From Myxococcales bacterium (GTDB lineage Bacteria; Myxococcota; Myxococcia; Myxococcales; 40CM-4-68-19), in contig DASWGI010000034.1 in NCBI GenBank assembly GCA_036393835.1, forward strand, positions 6,149 through 70,148: a DNA stretch of 64,000 nt. The letters are read 5' to 3'. The notes beneath the pieces were generated by a model. The model made no database searches and was not told where the DNA came from. It was given only the letters and a program-made list of their open reading frames with translations. Position numbers and translations under genes: made by a program. This document shows positions 61,425 through 64,000 of this stretch, in pieces (the stretch's first letter is position 1; each line of letters starts with the position of its first letter).

Positions 61425-63506
61425 ATGGCGCGCTCTCCGAGACTGCACGCGACCGCACCCGAGCCCGAGCCCGTCCCCGAGGTCCCGCCTCGGCAGTGGG
61501 GCGACGCGCTGCCTGCACCGGTGCTGAAGACGCCCTGGCTGCGCTGGCTGGCCCCGCTCTCGGGCGAGCAGCGCTGCGTGGTCGCCCTGTGCGCCTTCTC
61601 CGCGCTGCTCTTCGTCCCGTGGCTGGGCGCGACGGGCTTCTGGGACCCCTGGGAGCCGCACTACGGCGAGGTCGCGCGCGAGATGATCGCGCGGGGCGAC
61701 TACCTCCATCCCTGGTGGGAGTCGGCCTACTTCTTCTCCAAGCCCGCGCTCGACCTGTGGCTGATGGCCGCGGCGATGCTCGCCGTGAACACCAACGGCC
61801 CGGACCGCTGGGTGGGCGTCTTCACCGAGTGGGGCGTCCGCCTCCCGTTCGCCGCGCTCTCCGCTCTCGGCGCCATCCTGCTGTTCGTCGCCGCCAGCCG
61901 CCTCATCTCGCGCCGCGCCGCCCTGCTCGGCACCGTCGCCACGCTCACCGCGCCGCTGTTCGTGATGCTCGCGCGCCAGGCCGTGCCCGACGCCGTCTTC
62001 GTCGGGTTGCTCTCGGCGGCGATGGCCTGCCTCATGATCGCGCTTTTCGCCGAGCAGCCGGGCCCGGGCTGGGCGATCGCCTTCTACTGCTTCGTCGGCC
62101 TGGCGACGCTGTCGAAGGGCCTGCTGGGTTTCGCCCTGCCCGGCGCAGTGACCCTGGTGTACTGCATCGCGACCGGCGAGTGGCATCGCCTGCGCCGCCT
62201 CCGCCTGCTCACCGGGACGCTCATCGTCCTGGCCATCGCCGCGCCCTGGTACCTCACCATGTTCGCCTTCCCGGGGAACGACGACGAGGGCAAGACCTTC
62301 TTCGAGCGCTTCATCGTCCACGACCACTTCAAGCGGCTGGTCACCGGCGTCTACACCAGCACTCCCGGCGGCACCTTCATCTATTTGATCGAGCAGCTCG
62401 GTTTCGACTGCTTCCCCTGGGTGTTCGCCTTGCCGGGCGCGCTCGGAGGCGTGCTCGCGCGCCGCACGCTCCGGCCGCAGACCACGCGCGACCGCGCGCT
62501 GTTCTTCGTGCTCCTGTGGGTGCTCATCGGGTTCGCCGTGTTCGCCTTCAGCGCCACGAAGTTCCACCACTACGCGTTCCCGGTGGTGCCGCCGCTCTTG
62601 CTCCTGTGCGGCGTGTGGCTCGAGCGCGTGCTGGACGAGGGGCTCCGCGCCCACGCCGGCGAGCTCCTCGCCGGCGCTCTGGTGTACGGGCTCGTCGCCC
62701 ACGACCTGGCGCTGACGCCCAAGCACGTGGCCGACATGTTCGTCTTCAACTACGAGCGGCCCTACCCGGAACGCGAGACGGACCCGCGCCGCGTCTTCAC
62801 CGTGCTCTTCACCGCGGCGGCGGCGGTGGCCCTGTCTCCGTGGCTCCTCGACCGGGCCGGGCAGGCCTGGCGGATCCTGCGCGCGCTGCCGCGCAAGGCG
62901 GGCCGCGCGGCGCTGCGCACCGCGTGGCGCGAGCGCATGGACGGGGCGCCGCTTTCGACGGAGGAGTCGCCCCAGGACCGGACCATCCTGGTCGGCAGCC
63001 TCGCCGCCCTGGCGGTGGTCTTCGCCATCTTCCTCGGATGGTTCCACTGGCGCGCGCTGTCGCCGCACTGGACGCAGCGCGACCTGTTCTGGGAGTACTA
63101 CCACCAGAGCGCGCCCGACGAGCCCATCGGCGCGTACCTCATGAACTGGCGCGGGGAGACGTTCTACTCGAAGAACCGGGTGCGGCAGCTCAAGGAGAAC
63201 CAGAAGCTGGGCGAGTTCATGGCGGGTCCTGGCGATCGCAAGTGGCTCCTCGTCGAGCATGCGCGCCTGACGGCGCTGCGCACCGCGCTGGGCCCCTCGG
63301 TCCGGCTGCGGGTCGTCGAGTCGCGCAACAACAAGTTCGCGCTGACCGTGGCCGAGCGGCGCGAGCAGGCTCAGCCATCGCCGCCGCCGGCTCCGGCGCA
63401 GAACGGCGCCCAGCCGCAGCCTCCCGGCGCCGGAGGTCAGAGCGGCGGCACGCCGGGGCCCGCCGCGCCGCCGCCGCCGTCCACCATATTCGGCGCTCCG
63501 CCGTAG
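61425..63506 (+). CDS. ArnT/PMT-like glycosyltransferase family 39 membrane protein (second copy)
   Basis: Tail of ORF 60387..63506, starting at ATG 61425. FWDPWEPHYGEVAREM... and YFFSKPAL form the first-loop DE-type motif of PMT_2/GT-C enzymes. More than 12 TM helices. About 150-aa soluble C-terminal domain and a Pro/Gly-rich tail. Confidence 0.85.
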   Translation: MARSPRLHATAPEPEPVPEVPPRQWGDALPAPVLKTPWLRWLAPLSGEQRCVVALCAFSALLFVPWLGATGFWDPWEPHYGEVAREMIARGDYLHPWWESAYFFSKPALDLWLMAAAMLAVNTNGPDRWVGVFTEWGVRLPFAALSALGAILLFVAASRLISRRAALLGTVATLTAPLFVMLARQAVPDAVFVGLLSAAMACLMIALFAEQPGPGWAIAFYCFVGLATLSKGLLGFALPGAVTLVYCIATGEWHRLRRLRLLTGTLIVLAIAAPWYLTMFAFPGNDDEGKTFFERFIVHDHFKRLVTGVYTSTPGGTFIYLIEQLGFDCFPWVFALPGALGGVLARRTLRPQTTRDRALFFVLLWVLIGFAVFAFSATKFHHYAFPVVPPLLLLCGVWLERVLDEGLRAHAGELLAGALVYGLVAHDLALTPKHVADMFVFNYERPYPERETDPRRVFTVLFTAAAAVALSPWLLDRAGQAWRILRALPRKAGRAALRTAWRERMDGAPLSTEESPQDRTILVGSLAALAVVFAIFLGWFHWRALSPHWTQRDLFWEYYHQSAPDEPIGAYLMNWRGETFYSKNRVRQLKENQKLGEFMAGPGDRKWLLVEHARLTALRTALGPSVRLRVVESRNNKFALTVAERREQAQPSPPPAPAQNGAQPQPPGAGGQSGGTPGPAAPPPPSTIFGAPP

Positions 63507-63516
63507 GAGAAGGTCC

Positions 63517-64000
63517 GTGCCGGTCGTCCTGGTCGTCGACGACGAGCCAGCCATCCGCGAGAGCCTGGCTTTCGCGCTGCGCCGCGACGGGTTCGCGATC
63601 GAAGAAGCCGCCGCGCTGCGCGACGCCGAGCGGCGGAGCGCCGACGCCGACCTCATCATCCTCGACCTGGTGCTCCCCGACGGCAGCGGCCTCGATTTCC
63701 TCCGCGCCCTGCGGGCGCGCTCCGACGTGCCGGTCATCGTGCTGACCAGCCGCGACGAGGAGACCGACCGCGTGGTCGGCCTGGAGATGGGCGCGGACGA
63801 CTACGTGCTCAAGCCGTTCTCGCCGCGCGAGGTGGTGGCGCGCGTCCGCGCCGTGCTGCGCCGCTTCCGCGGCGACCGGCCGCAGGAGGAGCCGCCGCTG
63901 CAGGGTCCGGGAGGGCTGCGCGTCGATCCGCGCACGCGCCGCGCTGCGCTCGGCGGGAACGAGCTGGCGCTCTCGCGCACCGAGTTCAACCTGCTGGCCG
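63517..64000 (+). CDS. OmpR/PhoB-family response regulator (3' end beyond window)
   Basis: GTG 63517 lies 10 nt after the GT39 stop, with GGAGAAGG upstream. VLVVDDEPAIRESL...IILDLVLPDGSGLDF...VIVLTSRDEETDRVVGLEMGADDYVLKPFSPREVVARV, then the start of a winged-helix domain (LSRTEFNLL). Confidence 0.85.
   Translation, partial: MPVVLVVDDEPAIRESLAFALRRDGFAIEEAAALRDAERRSADADLIILDLVLPDGSGLDFLRALRARSDVPVIVLTSRDEETDRVVGLEMGADDYVLKPFSPREVVARVRAVLRRFRGDRPQEEPPLQGPGGLRVDPRTRRAALGGNELALSRTEFNLLA

Overview
Very GC-rich bacterial chromosomal segment (roughly 70-75 % GC by eye). Gene content points to Myxococcota, probably an Anaeromyxobacter-like organism: a CarD/CarG pair whose CarD has a histone-H1-like Lys/Ala/Pro tail, an AgmX/GltJ-type zinc-ribbon+GYF protein, and a Pal with Cys-rich repeats. 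The taxonomy is inference only. I support about 60 protein genes. The centre of the window (35.1-53.0 kb) is a complete dcw cluster: mraZ-[STAS gene]-rsmH-ftsL-ftsI-murE-murF-mraY-murD-ftsW-murG-murC-murB-ftsQ-ftsA-ftsZ, with many ATGA/TGATG start-stop overlaps. Other housekeeping genes are rmuC, pyrH, frr, plant-type gshA, truD, PBP1A, pal-cpoB, an acyl-CoA dehydrogenase, an M1 aminopeptidase and accC plus a BCCP-like gene. I saw no rRNA, tRNA, CRISPR array, transposase or integrase. Most of the very long six-frame ORFs are alternate-frame or antisense artefacts of the GC content and were rejected. All family calls come from motif recognition by eye, with no database searches. The observations most worth a second look: (1) a family of about 60-nt stop-codon-proximal intergenic repeats (8 copies, one tandem pair) made of a GC hairpin plus a conserved 3' module; (2) a STAS-domain gene wedged between mraZ and rsmH; (3) 10-nt-phased GTGGR boxes over the mraZ start, with the identical 10-mer GTGGATCGAA inside a promoter-like AT island between murG and murC; (4) carD-carG extended into a six-gene, overlap-coupled operon with an ArnT/PMT-like GT39 glycosyltransferase and a 2Fe-2S ferredoxin; (5) a second GT39 gene divergent from a gene encoding a Thr/Pro-rich periplasmic linker, next to tandem FHA paralogues, a rhomboid and a REC-XRE regulator, which may form a protein O-glycosylation/envelope signalling module; (6) an orphan gamma-class N6-adenine methyltransferase overlapping the GltJ-like gene and 21 nt upstream of rmuC; (7) an OtsB-fold protein with ablated HAD catalytic residues; (8) a decayed TetR-like relic plus an operator-like palindrome upstream of the acyl-CoA dehydrogenase.
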